From: Gammaproteobacteria bacterium
GTDB taxonomy: Bacteria > Pseudomonadota > Gammaproteobacteria > DAOVJZ01
Direction of reading: 5' to 3'
DNA length: 64,000 nt
NCBI GenBank assembly: GCA_029882995.1
Contig: JAOUJV010000002.1
Location: 7,330 to 71,329 of the forward strand
The notes under the pieces are model-generated. The model ran no database searches. It was given only the letters and a program-made list of their open reading frames with translations, and was not told where the DNA came from. The translations under genes and the position numbers were made by a program. How positions within the stretch are numbered: the stretch's first letter is position 1; each line of letters opens with the position of its first letter. This document shows positions 11,120 to 20,715 of the stretch, piece by piece.

Positions 11120-12054
11120 CAAAGGTACTTTTTACCGGTGGAGGCGGTGCTGGCACAGAAGCATTGGCTCGATTGCTATCTGGACAATATGATGTCCATT
11201 TTGCAGACTCAAGACAGGATATTGGTGCAATAACACCTGCTGTCAAACAATCTCAGCAACATAATATCCCTTGGGCCAGCGATCAAAATTATGCAACAGG
11301 GATCGTAGATTTAATTAAGCAGATTGAGATTGATGTGTTTGTTCCAACTGTCGATGAGGAACTAGCACATATTGCAGAGATACAGGCGTTACTGCCCGAT
11401 CTAAAGATATTGGCGCCTGAGCCCCACTATATCGATCGGTTTATGGATAAGCAGTCAATGGCTGAGCACTTGGCATTAAAAGGGTTGCCCAATCCGGATG
11501 CTTATAGCCTGGAGGAACTGGAGACGTTGGATTTTCCTGTGTTCGCAAAACCAAGGCTAGGCAGAGGCTCTCGTGGTGTACAAAGACTTGATAGTAAAGA
11601 GGATGTGCAGGCATATTTAGTCTTGGCAAAGCAACCAGCTGATGCATTTGTTGCACAAAACTGGTTAGTAGGCACTGAATATACCGTGATGATGAGTGCG
11701 GATGGTGATGGTAATTTATGTGCCATTGTACCGGTGCGAGTGGATGAGAAACGTGGGATAACTATAATCTCTGAAACAGTTGATGATCACGTTGTTAGCG
11801 CTGTTTGCGAACAGATTCATCAGGCTTATCCGGCACAGGGGTGTTATAACATTCAGCTCATGAAAACTGATGATAGTACAGTCGTTCCATTTGAAATTAA
11901 TCCGCGCGTTTCAACGACATTATGCATGGGGATTGCGGCAGGGATAGACCCAATTGATAACTATATATCAGGCAAAAAGCAGGAAAGCCTGCAGTCTTTT
12001 AAATCAGGACTGGTATTACATCGATACTGGTTAAATCACATTGACGAGAAATAA
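11116..12054 (+). CDS. ATP-grasp domain protein. It may N-acylate an amino sugar or nonulosonic acid.
   Basis: 'FTGGGGAGTE', the central 'PVFAKPRLGRGSRGV' and the C-terminal 'FEINPRVSTT' are typical of ATP-grasp ligases. It is translationally coupled to the upstream gene. Confidence 0.6.
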   Translation: MTKVLFTGGGGAGTEALARLLSGQYDVHFADSRQDIGAITPAVKQSQQHNIPWASDQNYATGIVDLIKQIEIDVFVPTVDEELAHIAEIQALLPDLKILAPEPHYIDRFMDKQSMAEHLALKGLPNPDAYSLEELETLDFPVFAKPRLGRGSRGVQRLDSKEDVQAYLVLAKQPADAFVAQNWLVGTEYTVMMSADGDGNLCAIVPVRVDEKRGITIISETVDDHVVSAVCEQIHQAYPAQGCYNIQLMKTDDSTVVPFEINPRVSTTLCMGIAAGIDPIDNYISGKKQESLQSFKSGLVLHRYWLNHIDEK

Positions 12055-12057
12055 TCT

Positions 12058-12771
12058 ATGAAATTTCAAAAACAAGATGATACTTATTTGACGAATAGAA
12101 AGGAACTGGCGGAAAAGATTAATCGCCCTGATATGTGGGAACTGATTGATCACTGGCCACTTTATGTTGGTTTGGCTAATCTTGGCAGATATATGGCTAT
12201 AGCCGATCTAGTTCAGAAAAGCATGAAAACACCAGGACATATAGCCGAATTCGGGTCGTGGAAAGGCGCGAATTTAATGTTCATGACCAAGTTGCTCAAG
12301 TTGTGGGATCCATATTGCAATAAGGTTGTACATTGTTTTGATAGTTTTGAAGGCTTAAATACATTTTCCAGTGAAGATGGCGCTTCCAGTGAACAGCAGC
12401 ATGGCCAATATGCTGGGAGATTGGATGAGCTGAAAGCATTTATTGATTTGTATGATTTAGAAGACGATGTCGATTTTCATGTAGGTCTGATACAAAACAC
12501 CTTGCCCGAATTTATTAATGCCGAACCGCAAGTCAAGTTTTCACTAGTATATTGTGATACAGATTTATATGAGCCAACACAGCTCATACTGGAAACGTTA
12601 CATGAAAGACTGATGCCTGGTGGTTTTTTTGTGTTTGATGAATGGAATGACCCACGTTGGCCGGGAGAAGGTATTGCAGGTAATGAGTTTGTGTCTGAGT
12701 TCAGTGCATTTTATGAGGTCATTCACGTTAATGGTGCTCGCCAGCCGAACCTGATATTAAAACGCAAATAA
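12058..12771 (+). CDS. TylF/MycF-family class I SAM-dependent O-methyltransferase.
   Basis: 'EFGSWKGANLMFM', together with the acidic and aromatic motifs of macrocin-O-methyltransferase-like proteins. Confidence 0.65.
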   Translation: MKFQKQDDTYLTNRKELAEKINRPDMWELIDHWPLYVGLANLGRYMAIADLVQKSMKTPGHIAEFGSWKGANLMFMTKLLKLWDPYCNKVVHCFDSFEGLNTFSSEDGASSEQQHGQYAGRLDELKAFIDLYDLEDDVDFHVGLIQNTLPEFINAEPQVKFSLVYCDTDLYEPTQLILETLHERLMPGGFFVFDEWNDPRWPGEGIAGNEFVSEFSAFYEVIHVNGARQPNLILKRK

Positions 12772-12776
12772 ACCTT

Positions 12777-13820
12777 ATGTTAAAGAAAATAGAATTCAAT
12801 ATTGGCGAAAAGCATATTGGAGATGGTCATCCAAGTTATATCATTGCCGAAATTGGTTCGAATCATAATCAGGATTACCAGTTAGCATTAAAAATGATTG
12901 ATACTGCGGCAGAAGCAGGGGTTGATGCCGTTAAATTTCAGACATTTCGTGCAAAAGATCACTACTCTAAGCATGCACCAGGTTTTAGTTACCTGGAAAA
13001 TACCAGCACTTATGAATTAATCGAATCTCTGGAGTTAAACAGGGACTGGCAGTCATCTTTAGCAGACCATGCAAAGTCTCGGGGAGTAGAATTCCTGACT
13101 TCAGCATGTGATACGGAGGCAATCACTGAGCTTACGAAACTTGGTATGGTTGCTTATAAAGTGGCTTCTTTTGACCTGCCTGATCACCGGCTTATTAATG
13201 CTATCTCCAGTACAGGTAAGCCTTTGATACTGTCAACAGGCATGGCTGATATGGTTGACCTGTCAAATGCAGTCAATACAGCACGTAAGGCAGGCAATGA
13301 GCAAATCGTATTGTTGCAATGCACTTCTTTATACCCTGCACCAGCAGAACTTTCCAACCTATCTTCGATGCAAACAATGCGCCAGTCGTTTGGTTGTTTA
13401 ACGGGATATTCTGATCACACGAGTGGTGTTCATGTTGCTATAGCTTCCGTTGCGATGGGAGCCTGCATGATAGAAAAACATTTCACCCTTGATAGAACAC
13501 TGCCGGGTCCGGATCACCCTTTCGCCATCGAACCCAAGGAATTAGAACAGATGGTAAAGCATATTCGTGAGGTAGAAAAATCCATAGGGGACGGGCTCAA
13601 GAATGGTCCGCGTCCTGAGGAGCAGGAAATGTTCGAAAAAGGACGCAGAAGCATTCATGCTGCAGTGGATATTAAGGCTGGTGAGATAATAACCGAGGAT
13701 ATGTTAATAATTAAGAGACCCGGTTACGGGTTGGTGCCTAGTATGTGGGATCAAATAGTTGGCAGGAAAGCAGCTAAAGATATTGAGGCGGATTATTGGG
13801 TTACATGGGATATGGTATGA
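12777..13820 (+). CDS. pseI: Pseudaminic acid synthase (NeuB family), PseI.
   Basis: 'IIAEIGSNHNQDYQLALKMIDTAAEAGVDAVKFQTF' is a NeuB/PseI TIM barrel, and there is a C-terminal SAF domain. Confidence 0.85.
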   Translation: MLKKIEFNIGEKHIGDGHPSYIIAEIGSNHNQDYQLALKMIDTAAEAGVDAVKFQTFRAKDHYSKHAPGFSYLENTSTYELIESLELNRDWQSSLADHAKSRGVEFLTSACDTEAITELTKLGMVAYKVASFDLPDHRLINAISSTGKPLILSTGMADMVDLSNAVNTARKAGNEQIVLLQCTSLYPAPAELSNLSSMQTMRQSFGCLTGYSDHTSGVHVAIASVAMGACMIEKHFTLDRTLPGPDHPFAIEPKELEQMVKHIREVEKSIGDGLKNGPRPEEQEMFEKGRRSIHAAVDIKAGEIITEDMLIIKRPGYGLVPSMWDQIVGRKAAKDIEADYWVTWDMV

Positions 13821-14671
13821 AAAGGATCGCAGTAACCGGTGCAAATGGGTATCTTGGAAAACAAATTATTTCAACGTTCTTATCTAGAGGAATTAAAATA
13901 TTCCCTATTGTAAGAAACCAAAATAACAGTAATGAAATAGTTTGTGATTTAACAGATAAAGAGTCTGTTGAAAAAGCGATAATCTCAAACAATATTGATA
14001 CAATAATTCATTGTGCAGCAATGGTGCCAAAAAAATGGGAGCAATATGATGAAGATAATTGTTATAACCAAAACATCATCATGTTGCAGAATATCGCGCA
14101 TGAAAAATTAAAGAGACTGATTTTCTGCTCAAGCATGACAGTTTATGGGGTTGATGCGGAGGGTATGATAGATGAGTCGAGTGCTACATCAGCTTCTAAT
14201 GCATATTCCAAGTCAAAGCTTGATTGTGAGGAATGGCTACAAAAAAAATATAAAGGAGACTATGTCATTGCAAGACTTCCTGGTCTGTTCGGTGGGTCCA
14301 GACAAAGCGGCCTGATATATAATTTGATTTTATCCTTATCTAAACAGGAATTGCCGGAACTGGTAAAGGAACCTCCAGCCTGGTCAGCATTACATGTCGA
14401 TGATGCCGCAGATTTAATGTACAGGTTGGCAACTTTTCCACTAGAGAATAATATCGTTTGTAACCTGGGTTATGGTATCCCTCAAAGTATATATCGTTTG
14501 CTGCTTAACGTAATGGCATTGATGAAACTTGACGATTTTCCAGTGCAAAATATTTCAGATAACTGGGTATGTTTGAATATTAATCGCCAGTTGCGAAATA
14601 TAGGCTTTACAAGCAGGGACTGGTTTCAACGTTTGGCGCAGGAAATAAGCACAACAGAAAATATTTCATGA
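13817..14671 (+). CDS. NAD-dependent epimerase/dehydratase family protein (SDR).
   Basis: 'MKRIAVTGANGYLG' is a Rossmann motif. The start is assigned at 13817 as an ATGA overlap with the pseI stop. Confidence 0.6.
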   Translation: MKRIAVTGANGYLGKQIISTFLSRGIKIFPIVRNQNNSNEIVCDLTDKESVEKAIISNNIDTIIHCAAMVPKKWEQYDEDNCYNQNIIMLQNIAHEKLKRLIFCSSMTVYGVDAEGMIDESSATSASNAYSKSKLDCEEWLQKKYKGDYVIARLPGLFGGSRQSGLIYNLILSLSKQELPELVKEPPAWSALHVDDAADLMYRLATFPLENNIVCNLGYGIPQSIYRLLLNVMALMKLDDFPVQNISDNWVCLNINRQLRNIGFTSRDWFQRLAQEISTTENIS

Positions 14672-15462
14672 CTAATTTGAAAGATTATATTCCTCCACTT
14701 GTTGAAGCAATGAAAGTAGTAGGGAGCGAACTATTGGCTCGAAGAGAAAATAACCAAGTAGATGGAGAGTGGATAGGAGCCCAACTTAAATCATCTGCCG
14801 ATATATATGCCCATGAGTTCCTGCAGAAGACATTATACAAAATTAGCCCTGAAATACCTTTTATAAGTGAAGAATCGATTGATCTGGATGTTACAGAAAG
14901 GCCGGATTGCTACTGGCTGGTTGATCCGATTGACGGGACAGCAAGCTATGTAAATGGTTTTGATGGTTTTGTTATGCAGGTTGCGCTAATCAGGGACAAC
15001 GTTCCACAATTAGCCGTTATCTATGCACCTGCTACCGATGAATGTTATACAGCAATAGCAAGTGAAGGGGCTTATAAAAACAACACAAGAATGACGTTAT
15101 ACACCAATCATGATGGTGTCAGATTGATTGATAATTATCCTGAGCCCAGAGGGATAGCAAAATCCATCATGGAGAAGCTACCTAACGGTACGTACGTCGA
15201 GAGCGGGAGTCTTAGCCTAAAAGCATTACGTGTTGTGGAAGGGGGGGCAGACCTTTTTGTGAAAGATGTTGTTGTCCGTGACTGGGATTTTGCGGCGCCG
15301 ATCGTAATTATTAATGAATTGTCAGCTTGTATTAGCCAGTTTAATGGTAAGGAATTTTCATTATATGGTAGTTGGGAAAAAAAGGGTATCATTGTTTGCA
15401 GAGACAAATCATTGCACCAACAAATAATTCATTTATTAGCTGAGAATGAAACGTCGCCATGA
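14668..15462 (+). CDS. Inositol monophosphatase / CysQ-family phosphatase (3'(2'),5'-bisphosphate nucleotidase-like).
   Basis: 'WLVDPIDGT' and 'WDFAAP' are IMPase-family metal-binding motifs. Confidence 0.65.
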   Translation: MTNLKDYIPPLVEAMKVVGSELLARRENNQVDGEWIGAQLKSSADIYAHEFLQKTLYKISPEIPFISEESIDLDVTERPDCYWLVDPIDGTASYVNGFDGFVMQVALIRDNVPQLAVIYAPATDECYTAIASEGAYKNNTRMTLYTNHDGVRLIDNYPEPRGIAKSIMEKLPNGTYVESGSLSLKALRVVEGGADLFVKDVVVRDWDFAAPIVIINELSACISQFNGKEFSLYGSWEKKGIIVCRDKSLHQQIIHLLAENETSP

Positions 15463-15606
15463 ATAATTTGAAGGTTATTTTTATTGATGCTGAAACTTAC
15501 CCAAAGGCATAGCTTAAAACAGGTGGATTCAGAATCATTTTGAAGATGTACAACTTATTGATAATAGTATTAATGCTAAAACAGTAATCAAAAAAAGAGA
15601 CTATAT

Positions 15607-16278
15607 ATGACCGATAATGTGGTTGTGATAGCGGCCCACCCTGATGACGAAGTACTAGGGTGTGGCGGCACTATTATTAAACATGTGGAATCAGGAGATT
15701 CTGTTTCTGTAATCATTCTTGCTGACGGGGAAGCTTCGAGAGGAAAAAAGGAGCAGAAAAGGGATGCTCGTCATGAAGAACTTAAAATGGCTGCAAAAAT
15801 ATTGGGGGTAAGCAATGTTTCTTATATGAATTATCCGGATCAGAAAATGGATATAATTCCATTTCTGGATATTGTTCAGAGCATAGAAAAAGCATTAGAA
15901 AAGCTGAGTCCAACTATAATTTATACACATCATGGTGGGGACTTAAATCTGGATCATAAAATCACGTATCGAGCTGTGATGACCGCATGTAGACCACTTC
16001 CTGACTCCAAAATCAAAGGTATTTATAGTTTTGAAGTGGTTTCAAGTACCGAATGGGGGCTAAGTACCGAGTCTCAATTTAGGCCCACAAAAGCATGTGA
16101 TATTACTGTGCAACTAGACAAAAAAATTGAAGCGTTAAAATGTTACAAAAGGGAATTAAGGGAATTTCCTCACCCAAGAAGTATTGAAGGAGTTATAGGT
16201 CTGGCAAAAACCAGAGGTATGCAATTTGGTCTTGATGCCGCTGAAGTTTTTATAGTTGAAAGAACCTTCTGGAGATAG
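15607..16278 (+). CDS. PIG-L / LmbE-family N-acetyl-sugar deacetylase.
   Basis: 'VIAAHPDDEVLGCGGT' is the PIG-L zinc-binding motif. Confidence 0.7.
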   Translation: MTDNVVVIAAHPDDEVLGCGGTIIKHVESGDSVSVIILADGEASRGKKEQKRDARHEELKMAAKILGVSNVSYMNYPDQKMDIIPFLDIVQSIEKALEKLSPTIIYTHHGGDLNLDHKITYRAVMTACRPLPDSKIKGIYSFEVVSSTEWGLSTESQFRPTKACDITVQLDKKIEALKCYKRELREFPHPRSIEGVIGLAKTRGMQFGLDAAEVFIVERTFWR

Positions 16279-16296
16279 CAATTAATGTCGCATGAT

Positions 16297-16445
16297 CGGG
16301 TCGGATTATCCCACCATATATGGTGGAAGAAATATCAGTCAACCATAATGGCAGTATAGATAGAGTTATGCAATTGATTGACATGGCTAAAATTTGTGGA
16401 GCAGATGGTGTCAAAACACAAAAACATACACAGATGAATCAATGA
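16297..16445 (+). pseudogene. Remnant of a NeuB/LegI-like nonulosonic acid synthase. Only the N-terminal 40-50 codons survive.
   Basis: Frame 16320-16445 reads 'MVEEISVNHNGSIDRVMQLIDMAKICGADGVKTQKHTQMNQ*'. This aligns with the NeuB N-terminus 'IAEIGCNHNGS...AK.AGADAVKFQTF', the 'KFQTF' motif has decayed, and a stop follows. Confidence 0.55.
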
Positions 16446-16558
16446 TAATTGATTGCAATAATCGAGATTTTAAAATTAAAGGTGGGTTATGGGATGAGTG
16501 TAATTCATATAAATTATAAACAGTATCAATAATATTTTCTTTTAAAGAGGTTATTAAT

Positions 16559-17569
16559 GTGAGCACATTAACAGAACAAGAAATACGCCCAGCTGAATTG
16601 ATGGATAAACAGCGGATTGCAGCATTGACAGATATTGGTAGACTTTTATCGAGGTGTGGCGAATTTGTTAACGTGAACTGTCCTGCTTGCGGGATAAATA
16701 ATTATACTCAAAAATTCAAAAAAAACAGTATTACATATGTTGAATGTAAAGAATGCAGAACATTTTATGTTAACCCCAGACCATCACCTAATGTGCTCCA
16801 GTGGTTCTATCAAGGTTCTCCAAATTATGCTTATTGGAATGATGTTATTTTTCCAGCTTCAGAAGCTGTAAGGCTTAAAAAAATATTTACCCCAAGGGTT
16901 GTTCGATTATTTGAACTTTGCGATAAGTTTAATATTGAAAAAGATAAATTATTAGAAGTAGGTTCAGGGTTTGGTACATTTTGCTCGGAAGTAAAAAAGA
17001 GAGATATATTTAATAGAGTGGTAGCAGTTGAGCCAACACCAGATTTGGCAAAAACTTGCAAGGAAAGAGGGCTAGAAGTAATAGAGCAACCGATTGAAGA
17101 AATTCAATTAGATGCTAATGAATACTTTAATGTGGTTGTCAGTTTTGAGGTCATAGAACACTTATTTGACCCCGCTGAATTTGTCAAGCATATGAATCGT
17201 TTACTTAAACCTGGTGGAATTATGATGTTGACATGCCCAAATGGTCTAGGCTTCGACATTGAAACATTGGGGGTAGCAAGTGATACTGTTGACCATGAAC
17301 ATTTGAATTACTTCAATCCAGAATCTTTAGCAGGAATGGTAACTAAGCTTGGAATGGAAGTGCTAGAGGTGTTTACTCCTGGTTTATTAGATGCTGAATT
17401 AGTAAGGAACAAAATTATCGATGGTGAATATAATATTGCTGGCCAGCCATTTTTAAAAAAAATACTAATAGATGAATGGGGTAAATATGGGTTGTCATTT
17501 CAGGAATTTTTAGTGCAGCAAGGTCTATCCTCAAATATGTGGTTGGTTGCAAGAAAATATTATAGTTAA
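16559..17569 (+). CDS. Class I SAM-dependent methyltransferase with an N-terminal zinc-ribbon.
   Basis: 'CPACG...CKECRTF' is a Zn ribbon, followed by motif I 'LLEVGSGFGTF'. GTG start after an AGAGG. Confidence 0.6.
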   Translation: MSTLTEQEIRPAELMDKQRIAALTDIGRLLSRCGEFVNVNCPACGINNYTQKFKKNSITYVECKECRTFYVNPRPSPNVLQWFYQGSPNYAYWNDVIFPASEAVRLKKIFTPRVVRLFELCDKFNIEKDKLLEVGSGFGTFCSEVKKRDIFNRVVAVEPTPDLAKTCKERGLEVIEQPIEEIQLDANEYFNVVVSFEVIEHLFDPAEFVKHMNRLLKPGGIMMLTCPNGLGFDIETLGVASDTVDHEHLNYFNPESLAGMVTKLGMEVLEVFTPGLLDAELVRNKIIDGEYNIAGQPFLKKILIDEWGKYGLSFQEFLVQQGLSSNMWLVARKYYS

Positions 17570-17618
17570 GATAGAAAATATTAAATCATTAAAGCTCAAT
17601 GAATAAAAAGAGACTCAT

Positions 17619-18860
17619 ATGAAAGTTTTACTTGTTATCAATAGGCCTGAGCGCGAGGCAAAGATAATGGAGTCGATTAAGCGCGAAATACATTTCCTTA
17701 ATCAAAAAGCTATAGTTGAAATCAAAGAAAGGTGTACTCCAGAATTTAATCGTTTTGTTTTTTGGTTTAGACCAAATGTTATTTTGACATACCCATTTAC
17801 TTGCGAAGGTTTTTCCAATATTTATTATATGTTTAAAGTGATTCTTGGAGCCAAAATTATTTCTATGCGGGCGGAAGGTGTTGTGGATTTTGACAGTGAG
17901 TATGAGCTTGAGCGCTCCGTGGGTTATGATGATTATGGCAATAACCTTGTTGATTACGAATTATCTTGGGGTGAAAAATTTGCTCGTATTATTGGTGAAA
18001 AATTAGTCGCGCAGAATAAATTATCTTCCTTAGGTAACTTTAAAGTTGTTGGGCATCCTGGGTTAGAAAAACATTTTGAGCATGATAATGTTGATGCAAC
18101 AATACCATTAAGATTGATTGATACTCTGAATCAGTATAATAAAAACAATATTATTTTTATTGTAACTGGTTTCGTGATGGCTGATTATACAAGGCAGAAT
18201 TTACTTGATGCAAAGGATATGGGCGGAGAAGATAGAATTGAGATAGCGCTTGAGGGTGTTGAAATTGTTAAAAAATTGCGAGAGGATTGGATTAATAACA
18301 TTATTATTGCTGCAACTGAAAATCCTAATGTATTAATAATGGTAAAAAAACATCCATTAGAAAATAAAAAGATATATGAACAGATGTTAAATAGTGTAAA
18401 TAATATTTTATATATACATGAAGATGTTCAGATGCCGAATGTTATCTCTTATGCTGGATTATTTATTCATTATGGTTCAACAAGTTTAATTGATGCATAC
18501 TTATCTAAAACACCTTCTGTTTATGCTTCTTCTCACTATAATAAACAATGGTATTCAAATCTTGGATGGCCATCTGATCTAGAAGTAGATATTAACGAAA
18601 TACCATTGGCAGTAAAAAGCTTTTTAGGCGGGAATATTCCATTTAAAATATCTGATAATAAAAAGAAAGTAATGAAAGAAATGTTTAATATTGAGGAAGG
18701 AAAGGAATATAGGCCGTCAAAGGAAATTGCAAAAATAATTCTCGATCCAACCCCCCCTCAAAAAGTTAAAATAACAGATACATATTTTTTGAGAGCGTTG
18801 TCGGTTTTAATGTACCAACATACATTTGGGCGTCTTTTAAAACTACTAAAAAGAGTCTAG
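17619..18860 (+). CDS. Putative GT-B-like glycosyltransferase / capsule-polysaccharide biosynthesis protein. It may be a CMP-nonulosonate transferase.
   Basis: 413 aa, very AT-rich and not hydrophobic. Its C-terminal half '...FIHYGSTSLIDAYL...' resembles the nucleotide-sugar binding half of KpsS/CDP-glycerol-transferase-like enzymes. The assignment is weak. Confidence 0.3.
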   Translation: MKVLLVINRPEREAKIMESIKREIHFLNQKAIVEIKERCTPEFNRFVFWFRPNVILTYPFTCEGFSNIYYMFKVILGAKIISMRAEGVVDFDSEYELERSVGYDDYGNNLVDYELSWGEKFARIIGEKLVAQNKLSSLGNFKVVGHPGLEKHFEHDNVDATIPLRLIDTLNQYNKNNIIFIVTGFVMADYTRQNLLDAKDMGGEDRIEIALEGVEIVKKLREDWINNIIIAATENPNVLIMVKKHPLENKKIYEQMLNSVNNILYIHEDVQMPNVISYAGLFIHYGSTSLIDAYLSKTPSVYASSHYNKQWYSNLGWPSDLEVDINEIPLAVKSFLGGNIPFKISDNKKKVMKEMFNIEEGKEYRPSKEIAKIILDPTPPQKVKITDTYFLRALSVLMYQHTFGRLLKLLKRV

Positions 18861-18909
18861 CTTTGATTTGCAATATTAGTTATTCTGATTCTGAAGGCGA
18901 AATATACTA

Positions 18910-20667
18910 ATGAAATTCTTGTTGGGGTTTTGCGGTAAAAAACCACTATTTATTCTCATTGTAACTTCATTGGCAATTCTTATACTTGACTTAATTGGAA
19001 TTGCATTAATTTTTCCTTTTCTTAAGCTTTTTATTGCGCCCGATACTGCATTGCATAACCAATACGTAAATACAGCATATGAAGCTATGGAGTTTGAAAG
19101 CGTTAATAAATTTGTTTACACAGTGGGACTCTTTTTAATAGTAGCATATCTACTTAAGCTCATTATAAAAACAATAAGCAATGCAATTAAGTACCATGTT
19201 TTTGCAGATTTGACATACCGGCTTTCTCAGCACTTGTTCAAGGGCCTACTTCAGGCCAGATACACTTTATTTACTGATGAAGGGGCGTCCGAAATGATTG
19301 GTGTCATAAATGGACAAACAGCTCAAAGTGTAATATGCCTGGAATCATTTGTGAAGATGTTAAATGAATTCTTATTCCTTGTTGTTATACTGGGAATAAT
19401 GTTTTATATCGACACTGCGGTTACTATTTGGGCTGTTGTTTTATTTATAGCCTTAGGTGTTGTGCTATATTATGGTTTGGTAAAAAGAATTGAATTGTAC
19501 GGCAAGACACATTCCAGACTCAATGTTCTTGTGTATAAATATGGTTATGCTGTTGCAAACAGTATAAAAGATATTAAGATAATGCGGTTAGAGAAAAAAA
19601 ATATTAGTAAATTTTCTGAAATATGGCGAGAATACAGCCGCAATGACAGTCGATCAAAAGTTATGCAGGGGATACCTTCTGATTTATCAGAAACATTGAT
19701 TTTTAGCGGGATTGTTCTTGCCTGTCTTTATCTGCTTATGTCAGAGCAGAACACTAAAGATATGATACCATTTTTGGGGGTTCTTGCGGTCGGGGCAATG
19801 AGATTGTTGCCCTCATTTAATAGAATAATAAGTGGATATAACACATTTAGGTTTTATAAACCCTCACTTTCATTAGTTGAAGATCTGGATAGAAAAATAA
19901 ATGATAATAGACAACATGTTGAACACTTAGGACTTCCCTTTTCTAACGCTTTAGAAGTTAAGGCATTATCTTTTCGGTATGCAGAAAAGACAGTTCTTGA
20001 TTCCATATCGCTAACATTAAAGCGTGGAAAATCCTTAGCATTTGTGGGAGCGTCTGGAGCAGGCAAAAGTACTCTACTCGATATTTTGGTTGGATTACGT
20101 GAGCCTGCAACTGGAGAGTTTTATCTTGATGGAATTCAATTTAACCCATTTAAAACAGACGCCCTAAGAAATTACATTGGATATGTGCCTCAGAATGTTA
20201 ATCTGATTGATGAGTCAGTTGCATTTAATATTTCTTTTGATAAGCATTATGATGAGGAGAATATGCATCGTGCAGTCACCATTGCACGTTTAGAAGAATT
20301 TATATCAGGATTGCCATCTGGTCTAGATACTATTATGGGTGAAAATGGCGTGCGAGTATCTGGAGGACAGAAGCAGAGAATTGGAATAGCACGAGCACTC
20401 TATCGCGATCCTGAAATTCTGGTGTTCGATGAGGCAACAAGTGCTCTTGATACGGTTACAGAACGTAAATTGATGCGAGAGATAAACCAGTTATCAAAAA
20501 ATAAAACTTTAATTATAGTGGCACATAGGTTATCAACTGTCGAAAACTGCGATGTTATCCATCTGCTCGAAAATGGGAAAATTATTAGCCAAGGAACCCA
20601 TGGTGAATTATTAAAATCTTCAAAAGAATACCAGGAATTATATTATCAGCAGGAACAAATTCCATGA
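18910..20667 (+). CDS. ABC exporter with fused TMD-NBD (MsbA/PglK-like), a candidate lipid-linked oligosaccharide flippase.
   Basis: Six N-terminal TM segments, Walker A 'GASGAGKST', signature 'VSGGQKQRIGIARAL', Walker B 'ILVFDEATSALD'. Confidence 0.7.
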   Translation: MKFLLGFCGKKPLFILIVTSLAILILDLIGIALIFPFLKLFIAPDTALHNQYVNTAYEAMEFESVNKFVYTVGLFLIVAYLLKLIIKTISNAIKYHVFADLTYRLSQHLFKGLLQARYTLFTDEGASEMIGVINGQTAQSVICLESFVKMLNEFLFLVVILGIMFYIDTAVTIWAVVLFIALGVVLYYGLVKRIELYGKTHSRLNVLVYKYGYAVANSIKDIKIMRLEKKNISKFSEIWREYSRNDSRSKVMQGIPSDLSETLIFSGIVLACLYLLMSEQNTKDMIPFLGVLAVGAMRLLPSFNRIISGYNTFRFYKPSLSLVEDLDRKINDNRQHVEHLGLPFSNALEVKALSFRYAEKTVLDSISLTLKRGKSLAFVGASGAGKSTLLDILVGLREPATGEFYLDGIQFNPFKTDALRNYIGYVPQNVNLIDESVAFNISFDKHYDEENMHRAVTIARLEEFISGLPSGLDTIMGENGVRVSGGQKQRIGIARALYRDPEILVFDEATSALDTVTERKLMREINQLSKNKTLIIVAHRLSTVENCDVIHLLENGKIISQGTHGELLKSSKEYQELYYQQEQIP

Positions 20668-20715
20668 GATGCATTATGAAAAAATTGAGTTTCTTTGTTA
20701 TAAAAAATCTCATTC

